NCBI GenBank assembly: GCA_963750205.1
Contig: CAVVRJ010000016.1
Span: 163,400-227,399, forward strand
Direction of reading: 5' to 3'
DNA: 64,000 nucleotides
Origin: an uncultured Planctomycetota bacterium
GTDB lineage: Bacteria; Planctomycetota; Phycisphaerae; Sedimentisphaerales; Anaerobacaceae
The notes below the pieces were generated by a model. It did no database searches. It was not told the origin of the DNA and saw nothing but the letters and a program-made list of their open reading frames with translations. Position numbers and translations under genes: made by a program. How positions within the stretch are numbered: position 1 is the stretch's first letter; each line of letters opens with the position of its first letter. Below, piece after piece: positions 31,173 to 41,717 of this stretch.

Positions 31173-32828
31173 TCAGTTCCACCGATTTGACTGCCGCCGG
31201 CTTGGTCTCGGCGATTTCGTGGTCAGGAGTTGCTCCAGCTCTTCGAGGCTGATCCCCAGCTTGCCCAGTAGCGGCTTGAGGTCGATGCCCTGGACCTTCA
31301 GGGCCGACAGGAACTTGAAGACGGTGTTGGGCACGATCGAGCTGAACTGGTCGAGTCCCCGGCCGTTGCCGCCCATGTCGATGATTCGCACCTCGTCGAT
31401 CTGGCCCAGCGGCGCCGCCACGCTCGAGAAGACCGAAGTCGCGACCTTGCTCATCGCATCGCCGCCGCGATCGAGCAGCAAGGGCAGCCGGTCGAGGATC
31501 AGGATCATCTTCGCGTCGGCCGACATCTTGGCCAGCGCCTCGGCGAGTTGCTTGGTGCCCTCGGCCTCCGCCTTGAGGACCATGCCCTTCTTGGCGGCCT
31601 CGCCTTCGGCCTGGGCCACCAGGGCCTGCTTGGTCTTGGCCGCTTCGCCTTCCGCCTGGGCGAGCATCACGGCCTTGGTCTTCGAGGCCTCGCCTTCGCC
31701 TTCGTAGACGCGGGCTTGTCTCTCGCCTTCCGCCCGGCGGATCGCGGCTTCCTTGGCCGCCTCGGCGTTGGTCACCGCCACCATCTTCGCGGCCTCCGCG
31801 TCGATCACTTGCTTGGACCGGTTGGCCTGGGCCAGCTTGACCACCGTGGCATCGAGCTCCTGCTCCTTGCGGGCGGCCTCTTTGCACTGGACCTCGATCT
31901 GGGCCTCCTTCTCCGCGGCGTCGCGCTCGGCCTGGCGAACCTTGAGCGTCTTTTCCTGCTCGGCCAGGGCAATGCCAAACGCCTGCTCGGCTTTGGCTCT
32001 TTCCGTGTCGGCGATAGCTTTGAACTGAGCCCTTTTCACGTCCCGGTCCCGCTCGGCCTGGGCCACTTGCACCGCGTTGCTGGCGACCTGGATATCCGCC
32101 TCGCGCGTGGCGTCGCTGACCTTCTTCTTGGTCTCCGCCTCGGCTTGGGCCGTCTTGATGTTGGCGTCCCGGATGGCCTCGGCGACCGACTGCTTGCCGA
32201 GGGCGTCAATGTAGTGAAACTCGTCCGTCACTTCCTGGATCACCAGCGTGATGATCTGGATGCCGAGCCGCCGGAGCTCTTCCGTGGATTCCTCGACCAC
32301 CTTCTTGTTGAAGGCATCCCGGTCCCGCAGAATCTCACTGATGTTCAGCTTGCCGATGATCGACCGCAAATGGCCCTGGAGGATGTTCCGGACGATCCGC
32401 GCCAGCTCGTCCTCGGTCTTGCCGAGGAAGGCGGCGGCCGCATTGTGGAGCGATTCCTGCGTCGTCTCGATCTTGTACGTCGCCACGCCCCGGGCGCTGA
32501 TCTTCACGTTGTCCTTGTTCGGGATGTCGTGCTCGTCGATCTCGACCTGGGAGACGCCCGTGGACATCGGCTGAAAATGCTCGACGATCGGCCACAGCAG
32601 CGCGCCGCCCCCGGCGACGACCCGGAAGCCCCGGTGCTGCATCTTCCCCTCGGCGTCCAGGTACTTGTACTTGCGGCCATAGAAGATGCCCACCTGGTTG
32701 GGCGGGATCTTCTTGTAGCGGCTGGCCATCGCCCAGACGACCACGATAAAGGCCACCGCGATCAGAAGGATCATCCCCGCGATCAACACGGAGCCACTCG
32801 TTTCGGCTATCAGCGGCAATGCGTTCAT
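31173..32828 (-). CDS. flotillin / SPFH (band-7) domain protein (YqiK/FloT-like)
   Basis: N-terminal TM segment, SPFH domain (QVGIFYGRKYK...) and a long Ala/Glu/Lys-rich coiled-coil. Confidence 0.8.
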   Translation of the reverse strand: MNALPLIAETSGSVLIAGMILLIAVAFIVVVWAMASRYKKIPPNQVGIFYGRKYKYLDAEGKMQHRGFRVVAGGGALLWPIVEHFQPMSTGVSQVEIDEHDIPNKDNVKISARGVATYKIETTQESLHNAAAAFLGKTEDELARIVRNILQGHLRSIIGKLNISEILRDRDAFNKKVVEESTEELRRLGIQIITLVIQEVTDEFHYIDALGKQSVAEAIRDANIKTAQAEAETKKKVSDATREADIQVASNAVQVAQAERDRDVKRAQFKAIADTERAKAEQAFGIALAEQEKTLKVRQAERDAAEKEAQIEVQCKEAARKEQELDATVVKLAQANRSKQVIDAEAAKMVAVTNAEAAKEAAIRRAEGERQARVYEGEGEASKTKAVMLAQAEGEAAKTKQALVAQAEGEAAKKGMVLKAEAEGTKQLAEALAKMSADAKMILILDRLPLLLDRGGDAMSKVATSVFSSVAAPLGQIDEVRIIDMGGNGRGLDQFSSIVPNTVFKFLSALKVQGIDLKPLLGKLGISLEELEQLLTTKSPRPSRRQSNRWN

Positions 32829-32984
32829 GCTTGTCTCTCCTATGCAGATTCTCGTTTATCGTCCCAAGGTGCGCGGCTCGTCTCATTGGTTCGGCGTTCC
32901 GCGTTTACGCGGGTCGGACCGGTCTTTCCCGCCTGAAGGCGGAACTCCGAACGAGCGTCGCAACCGCCCTCGCTCCACGATTAT

Positions 32985-33587
32985 TCAGCCTTGGCCGGCA
33001 TCGACCGTGAGGACCGAGCCCGACACATCGACGATCCGCACGGCATGCCCTTTGCACGCCGTGTTCGGGCCTTGCAGGCGCGCCGGGTACGTGCGGTATT
33101 CGCCCCCGACACTGACGCCGATCTCGCCGACGCTGTCCCGATTGATCGGCACGGTCACGGTGCCCGTGCAGCCAAGGAGAGCGTCGGCGGCAATGACGGA
33201 GTTGGCCTGTTGCTCGGTGAACAACAGGATAATACCGTACATGAGGGTGGCCAGCACGATGCCGGCCGCCACGCCGATGAGGGAAGCGAGGGGGTAGCCG
33301 GTGCCGTAGAACTGCGCGATGGCTCCCGCCGCTCCGAATCCCATGATGAAGGTGAAAATCACCTTCGTCGAGAAAATGCCGACGATCCCATGCGTGTCCG
33401 GACCGGCCTCATGGCTGAAGTCGTGGTCGAAATCGCCGCCGAGATCGTGGTCATGGCCGAACAGGAACGCCCCGGCTATCACGATGAACGCCGCCAGTGC
33501 TATCGCCACAAAGATAGTCATAGCCGTCTCCTTTCGTAGCACGGGTACGAGATCCCCAGCGCGACCTATCGCGTTTGGGAACTCCAT
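32985..33587 (-). CDS. NfeD-like (YqiJ-like) membrane protein
   Basis: Likely start MTIFVAIALAAFIVIAG near 33521. TM helices plus a C-terminal OB-fold (GTVTVPINRDSVGEIGVSVGGEYRTYPA...AVRIVDVSGSVLTVD). Lies immediately upstream of the flotillin gene. Confidence 0.65.
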   Translation of the reverse strand: MEFPNAIGRAGDLVPVLRKETAMTIFVAIALAAFIVIAGAFLFGHDHDLGGDFDHDFSHEAGPDTHGIVGIFSTKVIFTFIMGFGAAGAIAQFYGTGYPLASLIGVAAGIVLATLMYGIILLFTEQQANSVIAADALLGCTGTVTVPINRDSVGEIGVSVGGEYRTYPARLQGPNTACKGHAVRIVDVSGSVLTVDAGQG

Positions 33588-33814
33588 CTTGCCCGTGGTT
33601 GAGAATCCATGAGCGAGACGCCCATGCTACTTAGATAGACGCGGACACCGGTCCCGTACTTCATTCGAATTGTCGAGAAATATACCCATTTTCCCGAAGC
33701 CTGTCTACCGCCGTCCGGGTCCTTTTTTGTCTCGACTTGTCGCTCCCGACAGGGCACAATTACCATATGATCCGGGAAATCCGGGTAGCTTGGGCAATGA
33801 ACAGAATCGGAGTG

Positions 33815-33910
33815 CTGGAATAATGGAATACTGGAACGATGGAATGCTGGGATTCCTGGCTCTTCACCCATTATTCCAAGATTCCAATGTTCCATTATTC
33901 CAATTCCTTA
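33815..33910. promoter_or_regulatory. divergent-promoter region containing 5x TGGAAT (8-10-nt period) followed by 5x ATTCCA, a large imperfect palindrome of the same hexamer as at 29418
   Basis: ctGGAATaaTGGAATacTGGAAcgaTGGAATgcTGGGAttcctgg...ccATTATTCCAagATTCCAatgTTCCATTATTCCAATTCC. Lies between the NfeD-like (-) and ydcF-like (+) genes. Confidence 0.45.
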
Positions 33911-33932
33911 TCCCCTGCGGAGAGCTTGAGTT

Positions 33933-34719
33933 ATGGCTGTAGTGAAATCGTTGGCCACGCCGATGGTCTGGGTCCTGGTGCTGCTGGTGCTGGGCTTGGT
34001 CTTGACGCGCAAGAGTCGCCGCCGGGATCCGCAACCTTGTGGCTCGCGGAGATTAGGGCGACTTCTACTGCTGATTGGCGTCGTGCTGCTGGCCACCCTG
34101 AGCTCCAAACCGATCGCCAACGGTCTGACGTACCCGCTGGAATCTCAATACCGACCACCCCCGGCGGAGGCCCTGGACGGGCTCGACGTCGTCGTGGTCC
34201 TGGGGGGCGGCCTATATCCCTCGGGGGGATTGCGGCAGGAGGCGGAGTTGGGCCGGCACACGTATCCGCGCTTTTATCATGGCGTGCACATTTTCCGAGA
34301 TCATCACGCCGGTCTGCTGGCTTTCTGCGGCGGTCCGCCTCGCCCAGGGACCGAGAGCGAGGCCCAAATCATGAAGACCATGGCCGTGCGCCTGGGCATT
34401 CCCGAGGACAAAATCCTGGCGGAGACGACGTCGCGGACCACGTTTGAGAACGCGGCCAACCTGGCCCGCTTGCTGCCGGCCGGACAGGGCCGACGCCTTG
34501 GTCTGGTCACCTCCGCCACGCACATGTGGCGGTCCTACCGGACCCTCGCCAGCCAATTCCCGCACGACACGATCGTGCCCATCCCGGTCCATTACACCTA
34601 CGATCCGAATCGGCTGGCGCCCGGACACCTTCGTGCTTTCCGCCGGCAATCTCGAACAAAGCACGCTGGCCCTCCATGAGTGGGTCGGGCTGCTGTGGTA
34701 CGATTTGCGCCATCGATAG
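33933..34719 (+). CDS. YdcF/DUF218 (SanA-like) family protein (one apparent frameshift near 34640)
   Basis: TM N-terminus, DVVVVLGGG motif and LGLVTSATHMWRS. Confidence 0.55.
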
Positions 34720-34746
34720 AGTTTTCCGGGAGAATGGAAGAATGTC

Positions 34747-37700
34747 TTGCGGAGGGTCGAAATGAAATTGATGAACTGTCCAACCGGACTCTCTCGATTC
34801 ACGGTGCGCCTCGGCGTATTCGCGCTGCTCTGGGCGCTGGCCCCGCTCGCACAGGGCCAGTCGGTCGTGATCAATGAGTTCCTCGCCTCCAACCACCACG
34901 GCCTGCTCGACGGCGACGGGAATGCCTCGGACTGGATCGAGCTGTACAATGGCAGTTCGACAACCGTCGCTCTGGAGGGCTGGCACCTGACGGACGACGC
35001 GCGTAACCTGCGAAAATGGACCTTCCCGGCCGGCACGTCCCTGCCGACCGGCCATTACTTGGTCGTTTTCGCGTCGGCCCACGTGTCGCCCACCGGCGTC
35101 TACGTGGACCCCAAAGGCTATCTCCACACCAACTTCTCTCTCGACAAAGACGGCGAATACCTGGCCCTGGTTGCCCCCGACGGCACGGTCGTGCACGAGT
35201 ACGCCCCCAGTTTCCCGCCGCAGCAGATGGATGTTTCCTACGGGCTCTGGCAACGTGCGTACCGCTACTTCTCGCCCCCGACGCCGGGACAGCCCAATGG
35301 CGCGGGGTTCATCGGCCTCGTGGAGCCGACGACTCACAGCCGCCAGCGCGGATTCTACGATCAGCCCTTTGCGGTGCAGATATCCTGCAGCACACCCGAC
35401 GTACAGATTCGGTACACCCTGGATGGATCGGAACCGACGGAACAACGCGGCACCCTGTACGCCCCGAGCACGTCGATTCCTATCACGACCACCACGCTCC
35501 TGCGGTCCGTCGCTTTCAAGACCGGCTGGAAGACCGCGAGTGTTACGACGCACACCTATGCCTTCGTAAATGACGTCGCCCATCAGCCGGCCAATCCGCC
35601 CGGCTGGCCCAGCGACTGGGGCTACGATTCCGAGGTTCATGGCACCGTCCCGGCCGACTACGCCATGGACCCGCGCGTCGTCAACAACACGCTGCCGGGC
35701 TACTCCATCCGCACCGCCCTTCTCGATGTTCCCACGGTCTCGATCGCAATGCTGCCCGACGATTTCATCAGCCGGACCACCGGCATCTGGACCAATCCCC
35801 TCAGCCGTTGGGACCGCAAATGCTCAGTCGAATACATCCTGCCGGGAACCGGAGGACAGACGACAGAGGACGGAGGACGGACACCGGCTGGCGACGCTGC
35901 CCTCAGTTCTCCGTCTTCCGTCATCCAGAATGAGGGCTTCCAGTGCGACTGCCAGATCAAGATCCACGGCAATTCCAGCCGCCGACCCTACCGCATGCAG
36001 AAACACTCGTTCGCCCTGACCTTCACCAGCCTCTACGGCCCGGCGAAGCTCCACTACCCCCTGTTTCCCGGCTCGGACGTGGATGAATTCAACGAGCTCA
36101 TCCTCCGCGGCGGCTTCACCGATTCCTGGGCCCTCGTCTCGTGGGATGTCACGCGCTACCGCCCCAATGACGCCCAGTACATCCGCGACACCTGGATAAA
36201 GGAGAGCCTACGCGACATGGGCCAACCTTCCAGCTACGGCTCGTTCGCCCACCTTTATGTCAACGGCCTCTATTTCGGTCTCTACAACCTCACCGAGCGC
36301 GTGGACCAGGACTTCGTGGCCAGCCATCTCGGCGGAACACCCGAGGACTGGGAAATCAACGAGGACTTCGCGACCCCCGGCCCCCGCTGGAACACGATGA
36401 TGGCCCTCGATCCTTCCACCCGCGCCGGCTATACGCAGATGCAGCAGTATCTCGACCTGGAGAATTTCGCCGACTACTTCCTCCTGCACCTCTACGGCGA
36501 CGCGGAAGACTGGCCCTTCCACAACGGGTACGCCGCCGCCAACGCCAAGAGCGGCGACGGGAAGTTCCGGTTCTTTGCCTGGGACCAGGAGATCGTCCTG
36601 GATTATCACGGCCGGGCCGCCCAGCGCATCGACTCCACGGGCGGAGCCGGCGATGTCTTCCTGAAACTGCGGACCAGCGCGGAGTTCCGCCTCCTCTTCG
36701 CCGACCGGGTCTACAAGCATTGTTTCAACGACGGCGCCCTGAGCGTCGGCGTGTCGCAGCAGCGCGACCGCGAACGTCGCGAGCTGGATCGACAAGGCCA
36801 TCGTGGCGGAGTCCGCCCGCTGGGGCGACGTCAAGATGACCACGCCCTACGGCAGCACACTCCAGCAGCCCAACCCGCTCACCGACATCGACAACATCCT
36901 CTACCCGCCCGTCCCGCACGGTCCCAACTACTATTTCACGCGGGAAGACTCCTGGGTCGTCGAGCGGGATAACGTCATCAATAACTACATTCCCGCCATC
37001 CACAATACGGCCAACTCTTACGCCCTGATCCGGCTCCTGCGCACCAAGAACCTCTATCCGGACCTCGATCCGCCGACGCTGCTGGCCAACGGCGCGCGCA
37101 GCACGGGGGGCCGATCGTCGCGGGCGCCGTGTTGACGCTCGCCAATCCCAACGGGCGAGGCATCATCTACTACACCCTCGACGGCAACGACCCGCGTCCC
37201 TCCGGGGGCACTGCCGCCCCAGACACGACCAACACGTTCGTCGCCGAGCAGGCGGCCAAACGGGTTCTCGTCCCGACGAGCGACATCGGCTCCGCCTGGA
37301 GAAACGTCACCTACAACGACACGCTCTGGACCAGCGGCACCGGCGGCGTCGGGTACGACCAAGGGGTGGGTTATCAACCGTATTTCAGCATGGACGTCGG
37401 GTCGCAGATGTACGGCGTCAACGGCAGTTGCTACATTCGTATCCCGTTCACCCTGACCGCCGGCAACCTGCAGAACCTGACCACTTTGATCCTGCGGGTG
37501 CGATATGACGACGGCTTCGTCGCTTATCTCAACGGCGTCGAGGTGGCCCGGGACAAGTTCCTCGGAACGCCCCTGTGGAATTCCTTGGCCAATGACAGTC
37601 ACGCCCGCGAGGAGGCGGTGAGCTTCGTGGATTTCGATATCGCCCCCTTCATCGGTCTGCTCCACGCGGGTAACAATCTCTTGGCGATCCACGGCTTGAA

Positions 37701-37914
37701 CGCTTCCACGACCAGCTCCGATTTCCTGATCTCCGTGGCCCTGGTCAAGTCCGTGAGCGTTCCGAAAAGCGATCCGAGCCTCTCCCCCGACGCGGTCCTC
37801 TATACCGGCGCCGTCCCCTTGACCCAGACCACGCGGATCAAGACGCGCATCCTGGACAATGGCCAGTGGAGCGCATTGAACGAGGCGGTGTACGAGGTGT
37901 CGGCCCAGAACTGA
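34747..37914 (+). CDS. secreted CotH-family (atypical kinase-like) protein with N-terminal lamin-tail domain and C-terminal Fn3/CHB_HEX_C-like domain (two apparent frameshifts near 36790 and 37120)
   Basis: Signal peptide. LTD signature VINEFLASN...DWIELYN...LEGWHLTD. CotH-like core (CSVEYILPG...IKIHGNSSRRPYRMQKHSFALTF). Colinear continuation in frames 36803..37135 and 37129..37914. Confidence 0.55.
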
Positions 37915-39506
37915 GAACCGTGCCTGGACATGGTAAAGGGACAGATTGCATGACAAGATGCAGGATCGCATTATTCGTGGGACTCGTTCTAACGGGCGTC
38001 CGTCCCGGCGCATCGAAGTCCTTGTCACCGAGCGATTACTTCGCCATCGAGGTGGTGGACGAGCAGACCGGCCGGGGCGTCCCGATGGTAGAGCTGCAGA
38101 CGACCAGCAGCGTCCGCTACTACACCGACTCGAATGGCTTGATCGCGTTTGACGAGCCGGGACTGATGGACAAGAAAGTCTGGTTCGGCGTCTCCGCCCA
38201 CGGCTATGAATTCCCGCCGGACGGCTTCGGCATCCGCGGCGTCAGCCTCCAGACCACACCCGGCGCCGGTGCCAAGCTCAAGATCAAACGCCTCAACATC
38301 GCCGAGCGGCTCTACCGCATCACGGGCCAGGGAATCTACCGCAACACGGTCCTGCTCGGCCGCAAGCCGCCCATTGCGGAGCCACTCCTCAATGCCCAAG
38401 TGACCGGCCAAGACGGCATCTTGACCGCGATCTATCGCGGCAAGCTCTATTGGCTCTATGGCGACACGAACCGACTATCTTATGCCCTGGGCGGTTTCGC
38501 CATGACCGGGGCCACGACCGAACTACCCGAGAAGATCGACCCGTCCATCGGGATCGATCTGCGGTACTTCATCGGCCCCGATGGTTTCGCCCGGCCGATG
38601 GCTCCCATGAAAGGTGAGGGTGTAGTCTGGTTGGCGGGCCTGGTCGTTCTGCCCGACGAATCGGGCCGGGAGCGCATGCTGGCTTGGTTCCAGAGACGCC
38701 AAGGCTTGGGAGCTGTTCTCGAGAACAGCTTCGTCGTCTACAATGACGAGAAGGACATGTTCGAAAAGCTCAAGGTGGTGGACGTGGACCCGCCGCTCGT
38801 GCCCACCGGCTACCCTTTCCGTGCTAAGCAGGAGGACGGAGCCGAGTACATCTACTTCACCGCCCCCTATCCGGCGCTCCGCGTCAAGGCCGAATGGAAG
38901 TCCTACCTCGACCTCTCCTCGTACGAAGGCTACACCTGCCTGGCCCCGGGCACACGCTACGGCGGCAAGGATAAGGTCCAGCTCGACCGCGACGCCGCCG
39001 GCAAGCTCAGGTGGGCGTGGAAGAAGGGCACGCCCCCCCTGAGCGCCAAGGACCAGGAGGAGTTGGTCGACGCCGGCAAGATGGAACACACGGAATCGCC
39101 GCTGCGTCTGCAAGACGCCGAGAACGGCAAGAGGATCGTGCTCAGCAACTGCTCCTGCTTCTGGAACGACTATCGCCGGCAGTACATCATGATCGCCTCA
39201 GAGGTCCTCGGCGCTACTGTGCTCGGGGAGGTCTGGTACAGCGAAGCCGACCGGCCCGAAGGCCCGTGGGTCCAGGCGCACAAGATCATCACCCACGCCA
39301 ACAAAAAAGGCGACGCCCACGACTTCTACAACCCGACCCAACACCCTTTCTTCGATCAGGCCCGCGGCCGCGTGATCTACCTCGAAGGCTCTTACGTCAA
39401 CACCTTTTCCAGCAACCCGCACCCGACCCCCTACTACGAATACAACCAGATCATGTACCGCCTCGACCTCGCCGACCCGCGGCTGAAGTTTGTAGTGACG
39501 CCGTAA
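37866..39506 (+). CDS. hypothetical secreted protein
   Basis: Likely start MTRCRIALFVGLVLTGVRPG (signal peptide) near 37947. A 500-aa protein with diverse composition and no family recognised. Confidence 0.45.
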   Translation: MERIERGGVRGVGPELRTVPGHGKGTDCMTRCRIALFVGLVLTGVRPGASKSLSPSDYFAIEVVDEQTGRGVPMVELQTTSSVRYYTDSNGLIAFDEPGLMDKKVWFGVSAHGYEFPPDGFGIRGVSLQTTPGAGAKLKIKRLNIAERLYRITGQGIYRNTVLLGRKPPIAEPLLNAQVTGQDGILTAIYRGKLYWLYGDTNRLSYALGGFAMTGATTELPEKIDPSIGIDLRYFIGPDGFARPMAPMKGEGVVWLAGLVVLPDESGRERMLAWFQRRQGLGAVLENSFVVYNDEKDMFEKLKVVDVDPPLVPTGYPFRAKQEDGAEYIYFTAPYPALRVKAEWKSYLDLSSYEGYTCLAPGTRYGGKDKVQLDRDAAGKLRWAWKKGTPPLSAKDQEELVDAGKMEHTESPLRLQDAENGKRIVLSNCSCFWNDYRRQYIMIASEVLGATVLGEVWYSEADRPEGPWVQAHKIITHANKKGDAHDFYNPTQHPFFDQARGRVIYLEGSYVNTFSSNPHPTPYYEYNQIMYRLDLADPRLKFVVTP

Positions 39507-39531
39507 GGCGTTTCTGCGCAAGTGTCAGATT

Positions 39532-39601
39532 GGTAGGGTGTGCATCGCACACCAATAAAAGGTCCTGGTAACGAGAGGTGGTGTGCGGTGCACACCCTAC
39601 C
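39532..39601 (+). terminator. long perfect hairpin (22-bp stem GGTAGGGTGTGCATCGCACACC / GGTGTGCGGTGCACACCCTACC), candidate intrinsic terminator and repeat-family member
   Basis: Lies 26 nt after the stop of the 37866..39506 gene. It shares stem termini GTAGGGTG...CACCCTAC with the element at 50444. Confidence 0.5.
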
Positions 39602-39883
39602 ACCTGAAACTCGCTTCTATGCCCATGCAGACACACTGCTTCTCGGGTGGATGACCAAACAGCGGCAGCAAGACCGGTCCTACGCGTTTGTCGCTTTCCG
39701 GGTACCAACGGAGAGTTGGCGGGACGTAACCACAAGGACAGACGGGGTGTGGCGGCGCGAGGAACCGGGTGAGGCCCCCACGCACGCCATGTCACAACTG
39801 CCCGTCCCTGGCATCCCCTGATTCACTAATTGTTAAGTTGAGGGCGGGCCCTCTGAGTCCCCACCCGTGCCGGGGCCGCCACT

Positions 39884-41181
39884 TCATTCCCCGTTTGATT
39901 CCTTGTCTTGAAACTTCACCATGACAACCGAATGACCATTCACCAAGGTGTCGAAGTGATTCGAATATGTTCCCAGATCCGTATGCAGCCACAGATCACG
40001 TGCCGTAACCGACTGTGTCTCCGAAAGCCCGATCTCTGACCAGGTCACTGTCATTGCCAGGGTATCTTCTCCCCGGTTGAGAAATGCGACACAGTGGCTG
40101 CCATCCTCCAGCTCCTTCATCCAAATGTCCTTGTCACCATCGAGTTTGAGGCGGTGTCCTTGTTTTCCCAGGGGATCCTGATCGACCGCGATCACTTCCC
40201 GGTTAGTCAGAATCTCTTGAATCTCCGGGGACATGTTTCGAAGATCGTTTCCGGCCACTGAGGCGCGGCCAGAATCGCCCACAGGCTGAAGTGGGCCTGG
40301 TATTCTTTGATCGTCATGCCGCCGTTTCCCACCTCCAGCATATCCGGATCATTCCAGTGCCCGGGACCCGCATACTTCGCCAGGTCTTCCTGCTTGTCCA
40401 GGATCTGCAAAAATCCCAGCCCCATGGAAATAGGTGATGGGCCACCCTGTCCACCTCCAGGCGGAGGACCGCCCGCTCCTCCGGGTGGAGGTCCCTGCGG
40501 AGATCCTCCACCCCCCGCCGGCGAGCTCATTCCACCTCCTGCGTTGCTCCAGGCATCGGTAATATCCCCTGTGGTCCGCCAAAGGTTTCCGACATCCTGT
40601 GCCCAGGTCCAGGGCTCGGATAATCCCCACTCACAGATACTGAAGACAATGGGTTTTCCCGCCGCTTCCAGGGCGTCCCGCATGACGGTGTAGGATTCCT
40701 TGGCGTCCTGGCCCGCGGTGTTGCACCAGTCATATTTCAGGTAATCCACCCCCCATTCGGCGTATTGCAGGGCGTCTTGAACCTCGTAACCTTTGCTGCC
40801 GGGGCGACCCTGGCAGGTCTGCGTACCGGCATCGGAATAGAGACCGAACTTCAGACCTCTGGAATGGATATAATCAGCCAGGGCCTTCATTCCTGAGGGA
40901 AAACGATCCGGAGCGGCCATAATGCGGCCGTCCGAATCGCGACCCACCTGCCAGCAATCATCGATAACGATGTACTGGTATCCGGCGTCCTTCATGCCCG
41001 CATGGACCATGGCGTCGGTCATTTCCATGATCAGCGTCTCGTTGACGTCACAACCAAAACTGTTCCAACTGTTCCATCCCATAGGCGGCGTTCTCGCCAA
41101 TCCATTTTCCAGGGCGCTGGCCGTGGATATGGTCAGAAGTAGAAGAACGGCCATGACCGTGAATCTGCTGTTTGATATCAT
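39884..41181 (-). CDS. alpha-galactosidase, GH27 (melibiase), with Gly/Pro-rich low-complexity insertion; one apparent frameshift near 40250
   Basis: Signal peptide. Motifs GWNSWNSFGCDVNE, IVIDDCWQ, YLKYDWC, PGHWNDPDMLEVGNGGMT and the C-terminal beta-sandwich. G+C is visibly lower than surrounding genes. Confidence 0.8.
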
Positions 41182-41479
41182 CTGATAACTCCTTCTGGTA
41201 CATGGTCATAGAAATCAACGTTATCTATACTCCGATCGCAGTGAAGACCGTCGTTGGGTTTCCCAACTGCGACGCGCCGTCTTTGGGCACCCTTCTCCCC
41301 GTGTCGTGGTTTCATCATGGTCGTTTCCCTTTCAAACTGTTGGGACGATTGCCTTCTGGAGACATTCCAGCATGGCTTTCGTCAGCACATTATGCCCACG
41401 ACGGGCATTATCGAATAATGTAAAGGGTGGAACCTTAAGACAACGTGAAGGACACTGCCCGGGGGGCTTCGCAGGGCCG

Positions 41480-41560
41480 GGGGCTTCGCAGAGCCTGCCC
41501 TCAAACTGGCAATCAGCGGGAAGTGTTCCCTTGGGAATTCCGGGAGCGCCATACCTATTT
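41480..41560. repeat. diverged/partial copy R1 of the ~120-nt element (with internal duplication of GGGGGCTTCGCAG)
   Basis: gggggcttcgcagggccgggggcttcgcagagcctgccctcaaactggcaatcagcggg aligns to the 5' 70 nt of R2/R3. Lies upstream of the ABC-F gene. Confidence 0.6.
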
Positions 41561-41717
41561 CGGGAGTGAGTTTGGTGTCCGTGAATTCACAGTGGCCCGC
41601 GAGGGCCGGTCGTGGGAGGCAGGAATTGCGTTGGGGCGGCGGGCGTGGTAGGATAATAGAGGGGTATGGTCGCTGACGGAACCCTGGAATCGACATGATG
41701 CGGGATGGTTCTATACG

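Noticed and set aside
39540-39821. Small ORFs (93 aa +, 114 aa -, 62 aa -) in the 39.5-39.9 kb gap
   Set aside because: They overlap the long terminator hairpin, and their translations are low complexity with no RBS. The region more likely holds 3' UTRs of the two convergent genes.
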